Shown here: positions 18,485-30,282 of the stretch, in pieces | Layout of the letters: the number at the start of each line of letters is the position of its first letter | Position numbering within the stretch: the stretch's first letter is position 1 | DNA from: Candidatus Saccharimonadota bacterium | GTDB taxonomy: Bacteria; Patescibacteriota; Saccharimonadia; Saccharimonadales; JAQGHD01 | Length of the DNA stretch: 52,582 bases | NCBI GenBank assembly: GCA_028288965.1 | Contig: JAQGHD010000027.1 | Span: 1-52,582 of the forward strand | Direction: 5' to 3' | Notes under the pieces: model-generated | The model's database searches: none | What the model saw: only the letters and a program-made list of their open reading frames with translations | Told to the model about the DNA's origin: nothing | Program-made: the position numbers and the translations under genes

Positions 18485-19627
18485 ATGAAGCAAATATATC
18501 TTGATTACGCGGCAGCTTCGCCGATGGATCCCAGCGTGCTTGCGGTCATGCAACCCTATTTTGCCAGAGCGTTTTATAACCCCTCGGCCACCTACCTCGC
18601 AGCCCGCCAGGTCAAGGCGAATATTGCTGAGGCCCGGGCGCGTGTAGCCCATTGGTTTGGCGCCAAACCAGCTGAAATTATTTTTACGGCTGGCGGTACA
18701 GAGGCTAACAATTTAGCCATTCACGGCATTATGCAGCAATATCCTCAGGCCAATGTGGTGGTCAGTAGCATTGAGCATGAATCAGTCTTAGCGCCGGCTA
18801 AGCAATATGCCTGCAAGGAAGTGGGGGTGGAGCCAGACGGAAGACTAAATCGCGCTGAGCTAAAGACCGTCATTGATGACAAAACGGTGCTGGTAAGTAT
18901 TATGTATGCCAATAACGAGGTGGGCACCATCCAACCCCTAAAAGAAGTTGCCACGTTAGTGGCTGAAATTCGCAACGGCCGCCAAAAATCTGGAAATAGC
19001 CTGCCACTGTTTTTGCACACCGACGCTTGCCAAGCGCCAGCCTACCTAGCTATTCATGCTGCCCGTCTGGGTGTGGACCTTATGACGATCAATGCTGGCA
19101 AAATCTATGGCCCCAAGCAATGCGGGGCGCTGTACGCCAGCGCTCGGGTCCGGCTGCAGCCCCAAATTTTGGGTGGTGGCCAGGAGCGCGGACTGCGCAG
19201 TGGCACGGAAAATGTGGCCAACATTACGGGATTGGCTACAGCTTTAGACTTGGTGCAAAATCGCCGCCAGCAAGAAACGCCTCGCTTGCAGACGTTGCAG
19301 GCATATTTTATTAAGCAGCTCCAAAAGGCTTTGCCGCAAGTTATTATTAACGGTTCCCTAAAACACCGTTTGCCAAATAATGTGCACCTTACAATTCCTG
19401 GCGCCGATAACGAACGCCTCATTATGGAGCTGGATGAGCGGGGCATACTCTGCGCGGCCGGCTCAGCCTGTAGCGCCAGTGATGAAGAGCCTTCGCATGT
19501 ACTAAAAGCCATGGGTCTGCCCGACGCTGATACCCAAGCCAGTCTGCGTTTTAGTTTTGGCCATCAAACCACTAAGGCTGACATCGAAAAAACAGTCCGC
19601 GTTTTACACCAACTAACTCGGAGATGA
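18485..19627 (+). CDS. iscS: Cysteine desulfurase (IscS/NifS family)
   Basis: IYLDYAA, FTAGGTEANN, HTDACQ, KIYGPK, GGGQE.GLRSGTEN and GSACS. Confidence 0.93.
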   Translation: MKQIYLDYAAASPMDPSVLAVMQPYFARAFYNPSATYLAARQVKANIAEARARVAHWFGAKPAEIIFTAGGTEANNLAIHGIMQQYPQANVVVSSIEHESVLAPAKQYACKEVGVEPDGRLNRAELKTVIDDKTVLVSIMYANNEVGTIQPLKEVATLVAEIRNGRQKSGNSLPLFLHTDACQAPAYLAIHAARLGVDLMTINAGKIYGPKQCGALYASARVRLQPQILGGGQERGLRSGTENVANITGLATALDLVQNRRQQETPRLQTLQAYFIKQLQKALPQVIINGSLKHRLPNNVHLTIPGADNERLIMELDERGILCAAGSACSASDEEPSHVLKAMGLPDADTQASLRFSFGHQTTKADIEKTVRVLHQLTRR

Positions 19628-19745
19628 CTGTTACTTTCTGTCTCTTCAGAGCGTTTCACGCGGGTTTGCCTAAATCCCAATGGCTTAGGCAAACACCGGT
19701 TGCACTTGGCTGACTCTTGCGATCCAAAAAGTAATAGTCATCTCC
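19620..19745 (+). other. Long intergenic stem-loop at the left edge of the ATPase block
   Basis: GAGATGACTGTTACTTT (19621-19637) pairs with AAAGTAATAGTCATCTC (19728-19744) with one G-T pair; inner GTTTGCCTAA (19664-19673) pairs with TTAGGCAAAC (19685-19694). Confidence 0.7.
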
Positions 19746-19784
19746 AGCTCAGTGATAAAACGCGGTATACTACGAGTGTTTATT

Positions 19785-20621
19785 ATGAACAAAACAAAAA
19801 TCATGACATTTAGACGAGTCAGCGCCTTGCTGGGCCTGGCTTTACTGGTGGCTTTAAGCATTTGGAGGGTGGGATTGGCGCAGTCGGTGGTGCAGAGCTA
19901 TAAAGCTGGTGGCACATTAGAGCGCGGCATGATTATCGGCCTGGACGCTAAAGATCCTACTAAGGTTGCGGCGCTTACCAATGACACCATTAACCGTATG
20001 CATGGGGTTATTGTTGATCCTAACGACGCCCCGGTAGCCTTATCTCAAGCCGGACAAGATGTCTTTGTGGCAACCACTGGGAAGTATGACGTACTGGTGT
20101 CCGATCAAAACGGTGGTCTAAAAGCCGGAGATTATGTCAGTATTTCGAGTGTTGCAGGCATTGGCCAAAAGGCTAATGACCAACAAAATTACGTCATTGG
20201 CAAAGCACTGACTGGCTTTAATGGCAAGACTGGTGTGGTCAGCGTAACACAAGTTAAAAATGGGCAGGGAACCAGCGATGTCTCCATCGGGCGCGTAACG
20301 GTAGATATTGGCGTGTCCAGAAATCCCACTGCCCGTCCCCTTGATCAGAATATACCGACCTTTTTGCGACGAGCCAGTGAAGCGGTGTCTCAAAAACCAG
20401 TTACCGCCCTTAAAATGTACAGCGCTGCCACCATACTGGCCATCACTGTGGCCATCACGGCCAGCATGCTATTTGCCGGTACCCGGAGCAGCATTCTAGC
20501 CATTGGCCGTAACCCTTTAGGCAAGGGTTCTATCATGCGGGGCCTACTAGAGGTCATTATAGGCAGCATTATCATATTTATCGTCGGCCTCTTCATCGCC
20601 TTCCTGCTCTTAAGGCATTAA
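19785..20621 (+). CDS. Secreted-domain protein with a C-terminal ATP synthase subunit-c-like hairpin
   Basis: Signal-peptide-like N-terminus; beta-rich domain (GDYVSISSVAGIGQKA..VIGKAL); two C-terminal TM helices joined by SILAIGRNPLG. Confidence 0.65.
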   Translation: MNKTKIMTFRRVSALLGLALLVALSIWRVGLAQSVVQSYKAGGTLERGMIIGLDAKDPTKVAALTNDTINRMHGVIVDPNDAPVALSQAGQDVFVATTGKYDVLVSDQNGGLKAGDYVSISSVAGIGQKANDQQNYVIGKALTGFNGKTGVVSVTQVKNGQGTSDVSIGRVTVDIGVSRNPTARPLDQNIPTFLRRASEAVSQKPVTALKMYSAATILAITVAITASMLFAGTRSSILAIGRNPLGKGSIMRGLLEVIIGSIIIFIVGLFIAFLLLRH

Positions 20622-20651
20622 GGCTGAGTTTAAGGCGCTATATCGTTAATT

Positions 20652-20695
20652 AAAATGGGGTGACAGTCGGCGGGGAAATCAGTTGACAGGACCCC
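20652..20695. repeat. Palindromic intergenic repeat, copy 2 (degenerate)
   Basis: AAAATGGGGTGACAGTCGGCGGGGAAATCAGTTGACAGGACCCC matches the core of copies 1 and 3. Confidence 0.75.
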
Positions 20696-20769
20696 TTCAT
20701 TTTTGCGATTCAGAGCGTGATTTCATGGTATAGTACTACTGATAAACATAAGCAGGTCAAAGAACAAAC

Positions 20770-21390
20770 ATGCAGTGGTGGGAACTGGCTTTAATCCTCG
20801 GAACTATCTTTGCAGCAACGGCGGCGTTTATTTGGGTCGCTATCAGTCATAGCCATAATCCGGCAAAGCAAAAAAATAACGCTCAGGCCCTTACTGGGGC
20901 CGCCGAAAAAGACGTTGAGCACATCTTTAACGAAGAGTTCCGTGAGGAGTTGCGTAATCGTGGGCGTCTGCACTTTGAAAAAATTATTGGCGAGAATGCC
21001 ATGTTCTTGCAACAAGACTTGCGCCTGACTACTTCGCAATTAAACGACTACATGAAGCAGGAAATTACCCATACGCTACAAGAGGAGTTTGCCAAGTACG
21101 AAGAGTCTATCAGTGATGCCAAGCAACTAGCGCAGCAGGCCATTGAAAAAACTACTACGGCGCTTGACCAGCAGCGCCAGCTGATGAGCCACCAGTTAGA
21201 CCAGCAACTCCAAGACCAAAAGGCCCAAATGTTGGCTCGTTTTGAAGCCAACATGGCCGATATCGTCAACCATTACGTACTGGCGGCGATTGGTAATCAA
21301 ATTGATCTAAGTGATCAGCTGGAATACATCCTAGGCGATCTCGAAACCAATAAGCAAGCCATGATTGAGGACTTACGCCGTGGCGCCTGA
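20770..21390 (+). CDS. F-type ATPase subunit b-like stator protein
   Basis: Single N-terminal TM followed by a long Q/E-rich helix; immediately precedes the delta- and alpha-like genes. Confidence 0.6.
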   Translation: MQWWELALILGTIFAATAAFIWVAISHSHNPAKQKNNAQALTGAAEKDVEHIFNEEFREELRNRGRLHFEKIIGENAMFLQQDLRLTTSQLNDYMKQEITHTLQEEFAKYEESISDAKQLAQQAIEKTTTALDQQRQLMSHQLDQQLQDQKAQMLARFEANMADIVNHYVLAAIGNQIDLSDQLEYILGDLETNKQAMIEDLRRGA

Positions 21391-21877
21391 GGCAAGTCAA
21401 ATCCAATTGCCGATTAACCTGATAGATACTACTGACATTAATCGGGCCAAGCGGGAAGTAGAAGCCCTGGCTGAATTTTTAGATCAAGCTAGCATTCGCG
21501 AGCCCGGTAAGCAGCCGGCTATGCCGCGGACGAGTAAAACCTTAGAAGAACTGGCTCGGATCAACAAGCTTAACTTACTTATTGCCGATCAACGCCAGCA
21601 GGTACTCTCTTTTTTAGAGTATTTACAGCAAAAAGCTCCCAATATTCACATTAGTTTTGCTACCGATCCATCGGCAGCATTCTTGGGTAAAATTGTCCAG
21701 TGGTTTAGGGCTGAGGTTCACCCCCACACGCTTGTGCACGTTGGCTTGCAGCCCAGCATAGCTGCCGGTTGTATTGTCCGCACGCCCAATAAATATTTTG
21801 ATTTAAGCTTGCGGCAGCATTTCAACCAAAATCGTCAGTCATTACTGGATAGTCTGGAAGGCTTAAAGAGTGAGTGA
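21380..21877 (+). CDS. atpH: F-type ATPase subunit delta-like
   Basis: C-terminal [23 protein letters not shown] resembles the delta/OSCP signature; the GTG start overlaps the upstream gene's end. Confidence 0.7.
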   Translation: MAPEASQIQLPINLIDTTDINRAKREVEALAEFLDQASIREPGKQPAMPRTSKTLEELARINKLNLLIADQRQQVLSFLEYLQQKAPNIHISFATDPSAAFLGKIVQWFRAEVHPHTLVHVGLQPSIAAGCIVRTPNKYFDLSLRQHFNQNRQSLLDSLEGLKSE

Positions 21878-23293
21878 TAATCGCCACTTTGACCAGTTAG
21901 TAAAAAGCGGCCGGCCGGTGGGTGAGGTCGTGAGCGTCGATCGCTTCATTGTCCGGCTTAAGGGACTTCAGCCGATTAACACCCACTCCTTAATTATGTT
22001 TGAAGATGGCAGCAAGGGTTTTGTGCGCTATATTCAGGAAGATTTTGTGGTGGTGTTGCACCTTGGTAGCAAACCGTTGCCGATTGGCATGCTGGCGGTC
22101 TTACAGCACAGTGAACTGGTTAGCAAAGTGGGCAAGGATTTTATAGGCCGAGTAATTTCGGTTACCGGTGAGCCGCTTGATGGCAAGGGCCCGATTGCTG
22201 CCGATGATGTCTGGCCGGTGTTTAATCCGGCGCCAAATTTATACGAGCGCGAACAGCTAAATGATCAGCTGGAAACGGGCATTGCGGTCATTGATTCACT
22301 CTTCCCGATTGTCCGCGGCCAGCGTATAGCTATTTTAGGCGACAGTAAGTCCGGTAAAAGCACTATGGCTACCCAACTAGCTATGAATCAAACCAAGGGC
22401 GATATGGTGGTGGTTTACGCCTTAATTGCCAAGCGCCGTAGTGATGTTGACGCACTTCTGAATAACCTAGAAGAAAGTGGGGCTATTAAAAACTCAATTG
22501 TCGTGGTGGCGACCATGTTTGAGTCATTAGTTATGAGCTATTTGGCACCGTACGTGGCCTGCTCGCTGGCTGAGTATTTGTGGCAAAAGCACGATCAAGA
22601 TACGACCATTATTTATGACGATTTGACCAGCCACGCTCACGTATACCGAGAAATATCACTCCTTACCGGCAGTAGCCCGGGGCGCGATTCATACCCAGGC
22701 GATATGTTTTACGCACACTCTTCGTTACTCGAGCGAGCTGGCCGGTTGAGCCGCAATCACAAGACCTTGACCAGCTTGCCTCTAGTTTTGGCCAGTGGCG
22801 GCGATATTACGGCTTATTTGCCGACCAACATCATGTCTATTACCGACGGGCAATGGATCCTGGATATGGAAGTCTTTCGTAACGGTTTGCGACCGGCCCT
22901 CAATATTGGGTTGAGTGTGACTCGTGTTGGTGGACGGGGACATAACGATCGCCAGAAAAAGCTCAATGGCCAAGCGTTTAAGGTGTACGGTGCCTATCAG
23001 CAAGCCCAAGAGTTTGCTCACTTTGGTTCGGAGCTGGCTTTGGCGGCGCGCAAAGATCTAGAAACTGGTAAGCGCATGAATGAGTTATTTAATCAGCCGG
23101 CTACCGAACGCTTTTCAGTGTTTGACCAGCAGCTAATGCTCGACATTGTGCTGAACGTGGCCGATGGTGAGAGCCTGGACATGCAAGCCATGAAAACAGC
23201 CGTGAAAGATCTGGCTGCCCAAGCCAAAAGCGATGATGATTTTGATAAAATTCGCGATGCCTTAAAGGGCAAAAGCCTTATGGAGCTCAAGAA

Positions 23294-23297
<4 letters not shown>
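21870..23297 (+). CDS. atpA: F1-like ATPase subunit alpha (divergent)
   Basis: [19 protein letters not shown]-loop [40 protein letters not shown] and SVTRVGG. Confidence 0.9.
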
Positions 23298-25454
<2,157 letters not shown>

Positions 25455-25455
<1 letters not shown>

Positions 25456-25775
25456 TGGCTGCGCACCAAGATGCCAGTACGGGGGCAATTTCGGCCGAGT
25501 CGGTGGCTGCCAAACCGGCCGATGCCCGGCATCCGGTTATGCACGTTAAGGTCTACTCGCCGTTTAAAACCTATTTTGATGAGTCAGCTGACAGTATTTC
25601 GGCAGTTAACGCTACAGGCCCGTTTGACATATTACCTAGGCACCACAACTTTATGACGCTGTTAAGCGCCGGAGAGTTGATTATTCGCCAGGGCACTGTC
25701 CAGCACAAGATTCGCATCTCGCGCGGGGTCATGCACGTCAAAGCTAACCAGGTTATCGTTTTCCTCGACGTTTGA
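25455..25775 (+). CDS. atpC: F1-like ATPase subunit epsilon, N-terminal beta-sandwich only
   Basis: VKVYSP, GPFDILPRH, L..GEL and ISRGVMHVKANQVIVF; ends without the C-terminal helices. Confidence 0.8.
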
Positions 25776-25824
25776 TACTAAAGGGCTTGTCCTTATTTTC
25801 GCTCCAGCAGTGCACTATACGAGT

Positions 25825-26035
25825 GGACCTGTGGTCCAGCTCGTGGCGCTAGCAACCCTGCCGGATCAAAAACAAGGACCCGCCAGTTATGTGTCGATGC
25901 ACAATGATGCCTCTTTGCTGTCAAACGTATTTGGCGGGCAGGTCTTTTGGTAAACGAGTGGGTAAGCTAGCGCCACAGGCTTCGCGCTAGCGAACCTGTA
26001 AAGCGCCCACGAGAGACCAAAAGCCTGCCCGCCAA
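25825..26035. ncRNA. Candidate structured RNA / overlapping alternative hairpins between convergent genes
   Basis: Pairings GACCTG/CAGGTC, TGGTCC/GGATCA, CCCGCCA/TGGCGGG, GTGGCGCTAGC/GCTAGCGCCAC and a 20-bp arm 25931-25951/26016-26035. Confidence 0.4.
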
Positions 26036-26042
26036 GAACACC

Positions 26043-27050
26043 TTAGTCGAGGACGACGTAGTCGAAGACGTAGTTGGTGCCGGCGGCTGGGTTAGTGGCG
26101 CAGACGCTAAAGTTGGTGACAGAGCGATTGGTGTAGTAACTGAGGCTGCCGGTATTGCTATTGACCGGACTAATGATAACGTGCGGCGTGCCATTAAACT
26201 TTTGCGTAAAGTTGACGGTAATAAAACAGCCGGCCGCGGGACTACTGCCAGTGTTAATACTAACAGTGCCGGCCGTATCGGTGCCACTGACGCCGGCCGT
26301 GCCTCCGCCACCTAGTGCCGAGCCGCCGGAGCTGCTTGGTGAGGCACCCGTAGGATCTATGTGGTGACCCAGCTGCAAATCACCAGTTAGCTGCAATACG
26401 CCGACCGTAATTTGCGGGGCCGACAACGGGCCGGTGAATGAACCGCCACTGCTTACAGATAGACTTTTTTGAACTGTGAGCGTGCCTTGCACCGAAGCGT
26501 TGCCAGCAATCGCCAGGCTGTTTATTTGTACTTGGTCGAAACTACTTTTTCCAGATACGGTGATGCCGGGCAGGCTCAAAGCGCCACCTACGCGAATAGT
26601 ACCGGCTACGTCAAGGCTGTCACGCACCAGGACCGTACCGGCAAAGACCGCGTTTGATTCAATATTAAGCGTTTGCTTGGGGTCGCCTACCTTGGATGTG
26701 CTGCTTTTTAAATCTTTTAAAGCTTTATCGGTGAGCGTTTGATCGGATGCGGTGGTAGCAGTTTTTCGGTTATAAAGTACGGCTACACTAATAGCAACTC
26801 CGGCTATGACAATGAGCAAAATAAAGGCCAAGAAGTAAATATTTAATTTACCAAAAAAGTGTTTGACGCCATCTTTACGTGATTTTTTGCTGGGTTTCTG
26901 GTCCTTGTCGGTTTTTTCGGTGGTCAGGTTAGTGTCGGCCGTGGCGTCAAGTGACAGTCCAGACTCTAGCGATCCAGAATGGGGGGCTTCAGCTGGCTGA
27001 TCTGGCTTTTTGTCGGCGGCTGGCTCGGCAGTTTTATTAGAAGAATCCAT
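26043..27050 (-). CDS. Membrane-anchored fibre-like surface protein
   Basis: Disordered N-terminus, one TM, short-period beta repeats (LDVAGT/IRVGGA/LAIAGN/ASVQGT/LTVQKS), Gly/Ser linker, C-terminal VNFTQKFNGTPHVIISP domain. Confidence 0.7.
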   Translation of the reverse strand: MDSSNKTAEPAADKKPDQPAEAPHSGSLESGLSLDATADTNLTTEKTDKDQKPSKKSRKDGVKHFFGKLNIYFLAFILLIVIAGVAISVAVLYNRKTATTASDQTLTDKALKDLKSSTSKVGDPKQTLNIESNAVFAGTVLVRDSLDVAGTIRVGGALSLPGITVSGKSSFDQVQINSLAIAGNASVQGTLTVQKSLSVSSGGSFTGPLSAPQITVGVLQLTGDLQLGHHIDPTGASPSSSGGSALGGGGTAGVSGTDTAGTVSINTGSSPAAGCFITVNFTQKFNGTPHVIISPVNSNTGSLSYYTNRSVTNFSVCATNPAAGTNYVFDYVVLD

Positions 27051-27179
27051 TACGTCCTAGGGGTCTGCACCTACTCTTATATTTCTCTTATCATACTATG
27101 CATTAGCCGTAAGCGTAAACGCCTATAAGCATAGGCATATTTGCGGTTTTATGGGCCTTTGAGGCAGAATATATAGATA

Positions 27180-27914
27180 ATGAGGCTACCAAAACACAAA
27201 CTCAGATCAGTAAGCTACGTGTTGTCAGCGTTGTTATTCGTACTGGCCTCGCCAGTATTTGCTCAATCGAGCTCCTCAAATTACTCCACGAATGAGTATT
27301 ATTTTGGTACCGGTGGTGGAGATAGTTCTTCGGCTAATTATTCGGGTTGTCAATCATCCGGAGCAGCAGGTGTCGGTAGCACCAACAGTAGTAATTTTTC
27401 AGCCCAAGGCGGCTTTTGTACGTCCGACGCACCCTATTTAGAAATGTCCGTCACTAACTCTAACGTCGATCTTGGCTACTTAAGTAAGATTGCCGCCACT
27501 ACCAGTACTGGAACATTCACCGTTAAGGCTTATTTGGCCTCCGGCTACGTGGTTACCAATGCCTCTGACCCGCCGTCCAACGGGTCGCATAACCTTACCG
27601 GACTGACTTCACCCTCGGCATCGAGCGTGGGTGCCGAGCAGTTTGGCATCAATCTAGTGCACAATACCAGCCCGGCTACCTTTGGCACGAACCCGGTACA
27701 AGTACCGGATTCGACCTTTAGCTTTGGTGCCGCTTCCACCGGCTATGACACGGCTAATCTGTATAAATATGTTAAGGGCGACATTGTTGCTAGCTCTACC
27801 AAGAGCTCCGGCGAAACAGATTATACCATTGCCTATTTATTTAATATCAGCAGCCTGACGCCGGCTGGGCAGTATACGTTTAACCATACGATTGTGGTAA
27901 CGGCTACGTACTGA
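27180..27914 (+). CDS. Secreted WxL/pilin-like protein 1
   Basis: Signal peptide (VFA-Q), EQFGINL, C-terminal strand TPAGQYTFNHTIVVTATY. Confidence 0.65.
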   Translation: MRLPKHKLRSVSYVLSALLFVLASPVFAQSSSSNYSTNEYYFGTGGGDSSSANYSGCQSSGAAGVGSTNSSNFSAQGGFCTSDAPYLEMSVTNSNVDLGYLSKIAATTSTGTFTVKAYLASGYVVTNASDPPSNGSHNLTGLTSPSASSVGAEQFGINLVHNTSPATFGTNPVQVPDSTFSFGAASTGYDTANLYKYVKGDIVASSTKSSGETDYTIAYLFNISSLTPAGQYTFNHTIVVTATY

Positions 27915-28037
27915 TAAAAAGTTTATCCACACCCTGTCTACTAGATAATTGGCAAAATTGCGTGAAATATTGCACTTAAGCTTTGCCCTATGCTACACTC
28001 CTCTCATATAGCATAAGCACATCGGTGCGCTTGAAAT

Positions 28038-29144
28038 GTGAGACAAAGAGTGCGGCAACGCCACAAAACACTACGTTTTAGACTAGGATTAATGATTGCC
28101 GGCTTGTTGGTGGCCAACATTCTGGCGGTACTTGTAAGTGTTTCTAAAGCCCAGGCTTACACCTTAATAACCAGTCGTAGTATTAAAATGAGTAACTCGG
28201 CTATCGGCGGCGTAGCGATCCATCACGTTGCTTTCACAACAGCCGCTACGTACAACGTGGCCTCCGTTGAAATTCAGTATTGTACTGACCCATTCATTGG
28301 CGCCGCGTGTACAGCGCCGACGGGATTAGATGTTAATGAAGCCACCCCGCTGACCATTAACAACCAGGTCGGTATTACTGGCATGACGCTTCATGCCATC
28401 ACCTCCACCAACCGGGTGGTCTTAACTCGCTCCACAAGCAGTATTACCTCTGCCACAGCCGTATCGTTTGACCTAGGAACTGGCGTCGGCAACGATGGCA
28501 TCAAGAACCCCACGACGCTCGGAACTTTTTACGCCCGGATTGGCACCTTCGCGTCCACCGATGGAACGGGCGCCCAACAGGATGCCGGTGGCGTGGCCCT
28601 GAGTACCGCCAACCAGTTGACCATTACTGCTAAAGTTCAGGAAACCTTGACTTTCTGTGTCTATGTTACGGGTGTAAACTGCGCCGGTGGTACCGGTACA
28701 GCCTTGGCGCTTGGTGACGTTAACGGCGTGCTCAGTAGCACCACCACCGATTACACCGGTTCTGCCAAGTTTGGCCTAGCTTCTAATGCCCCAGCGGTGG
28801 TTGTGCGCATGAAGGGCGCTACACTTACGGCCGGGACGTTTACGATAACCCAGCAAGGCACCACTTGTACGGCCGATTCGACCACGTCCTCGGTTGAACA
28901 ATTTGGAGTGCGAGTAACACCAGGCACCAATGTTACAGCCGATCCGGTCTATGCTTGCGGCAGTGGACTGCATGCTTTTGACGGCGCTAACACGGTTGGC
29001 ACCTATGGAGATGATATTGCCAGCACTGCGGTCCCCCTGGATGAAGTACAGAGCACCATGGAATTCAACGCCAAAGCGGCTACTACTACCGAAGCTTCGG
29101 TTTACACAACCACGCTAACGTTTATTGCCACAGGTACATTCTAA
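28038..29144 (+). CDS. Secreted two-domain WxL/pilin-like protein 2
   Basis: Signal peptide (AQA-Y), Cys pairs, EQFGV, C-terminal YTTTLTFIATGTF; paralog of the next gene. Confidence 0.65.
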   Translation: MRQRVRQRHKTLRFRLGLMIAGLLVANILAVLVSVSKAQAYTLITSRSIKMSNSAIGGVAIHHVAFTTAATYNVASVEIQYCTDPFIGAACTAPTGLDVNEATPLTINNQVGITGMTLHAITSTNRVVLTRSTSSITSATAVSFDLGTGVGNDGIKNPTTLGTFYARIGTFASTDGTGAQQDAGGVALSTANQLTITAKVQETLTFCVYVTGVNCAGGTGTALALGDVNGVLSSTTTDYTGSAKFGLASNAPAVVVRMKGATLTAGTFTITQQGTTCTADSTTSSVEQFGVRVTPGTNVTADPVYACGSGLHAFDGANTVGTYGDDIASTAVPLDEVQSTMEFNAKAATTTEASVYTTTLTFIATGTF

Positions 29145-29163
29145 CTCTAGAATATAAGCAGTT

Positions 29164-30207
29164 ATGAAAGCTCGCACACGCGGCCGTCTTTGCCTCATCG
29201 CCCTGATACTTTTGGTAGTGATCAGTTGGATGGCGCGCCCAAGTGCGGCTCTCAGGCTCGATAATCGCCGCATAGAAATCACCTCCAGCGCGGTGGGGCA
29301 AACAAACGTCAATTACGATGTCTTTTTTGACTTGACTACCGCTGGCACAATGGGGTCCGTAATGATTGAGTTTTGTAGCAATGATCCATATCCCAACACG
29401 CCCTGTACCCCGCCAACCAATTTTGATGATTCAGCGGCAATCTTAGTGCAACAGACAGGTGAAACGGGCTTTACTATCCACTCAAGTTCCACCAGCAATA
29501 AACTGGTGTTGAGCCGTATCCCAGTCGCAGCTGTTGCGGGTTCGGTATCCTATGCATTCAATGGCATTACCAACCCAACTACGCTTGGCACCTACTACGT
29601 TCGCTTGCTAACGTTCGCTAGCAACGATGCCACGGGCCCACCTATAGATATTGGCGGTATTGCTATGACAACCGTCCAGCAGCTCAATATCAGTGCCGAG
29701 GTGCCGCCGTATTTAGAGTTTTGTTCGGCAGTCATTATTAGCAGCCAAGATTGTAGCAATACCAGTGGCAATTTTACCGATCTTGGTAATTTAGTGCCCA
29801 GTAACACCGGTACCATGACTTCGCAATTTTTAGGGGCCACTAATGCTATTTTTGGCTACAATGTCTATATAAATGGCACCACCTTGACCGCTGGAAATAA
29901 TGTGATTCCGGCGTTGAGTACGCCAGCTCCTTCACAAAAAGGCAATAGTCAGTTTGGCATAAATCTACACGCCAATTCTGCTCCGCCAATCGGTCAGGCA
30001 CTAAGCGGCAGTGGCAACGCCTCCGCCGACGCGAGCTATAATTTAGCCAATTTGTTTACGTTCAACGATGGTGATACGCTGGCCTCTACCAGCGGGGCTA
30101 GTGATTTTAATAAATTTACCGTCAGTTATATTGTTAACGTTAACACCAAGCAGCCACCGGGACAGTACGTCACCACACTGACTTATATTTGTCTAGCCAG
30201 CTTCTAG
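29164..30207 (+). CDS. Secreted two-domain WxL/pilin-like protein 3
   Basis: Signal peptide; GITNPTTLGTYYVR (cf. GIKNPTTLGTFYAR in protein 2); SQFGINL; C-terminal PPGQYVTTLTYICLASF. Confidence 0.65.
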   Translation: MKARTRGRLCLIALILLVVISWMARPSAALRLDNRRIEITSSAVGQTNVNYDVFFDLTTAGTMGSVMIEFCSNDPYPNTPCTPPTNFDDSAAILVQQTGETGFTIHSSSTSNKLVLSRIPVAAVAGSVSYAFNGITNPTTLGTYYVRLLTFASNDATGPPIDIGGIAMTTVQQLNISAEVPPYLEFCSAVIISSQDCSNTSGNFTDLGNLVPSNTGTMTSQFLGATNAIFGYNVYINGTTLTAGNNVIPALSTPAPSQKGNSQFGINLHANSAPPIGQALSGSGNASADASYNLANLFTFNDGDTLASTSGASDFNKFTVSYIVNVNTKQPPGQYVTTLTYICLASF

Positions 30208-30282
30208 TGGACGCCTAAGCTTGTCACGGCTTGCAATAATCTGTTACGATACACGGAGCATTTACGGGTGCAACAGAGTTTT

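Noticed and set aside
25825-25945. tRNA/5S/SRP gene (5' end resembles a tRNA start)
   Set aside because: No T-loop GTTCRA, no cloverleaf spacing, and no SRP or 5S conserved motifs.
25967-26311. 114-aa minus-strand ORF and the many other short overlapping ORFs in the track
   Set aside because: They are alternative-frame or antisense shadows of well-supported genes, with no motifs or start signals.
27923-27931. DnaA box TTATCCACA / replication origin
   Set aside because: Only a single box was noticed, with no cluster and no dnaA/dnaN context.
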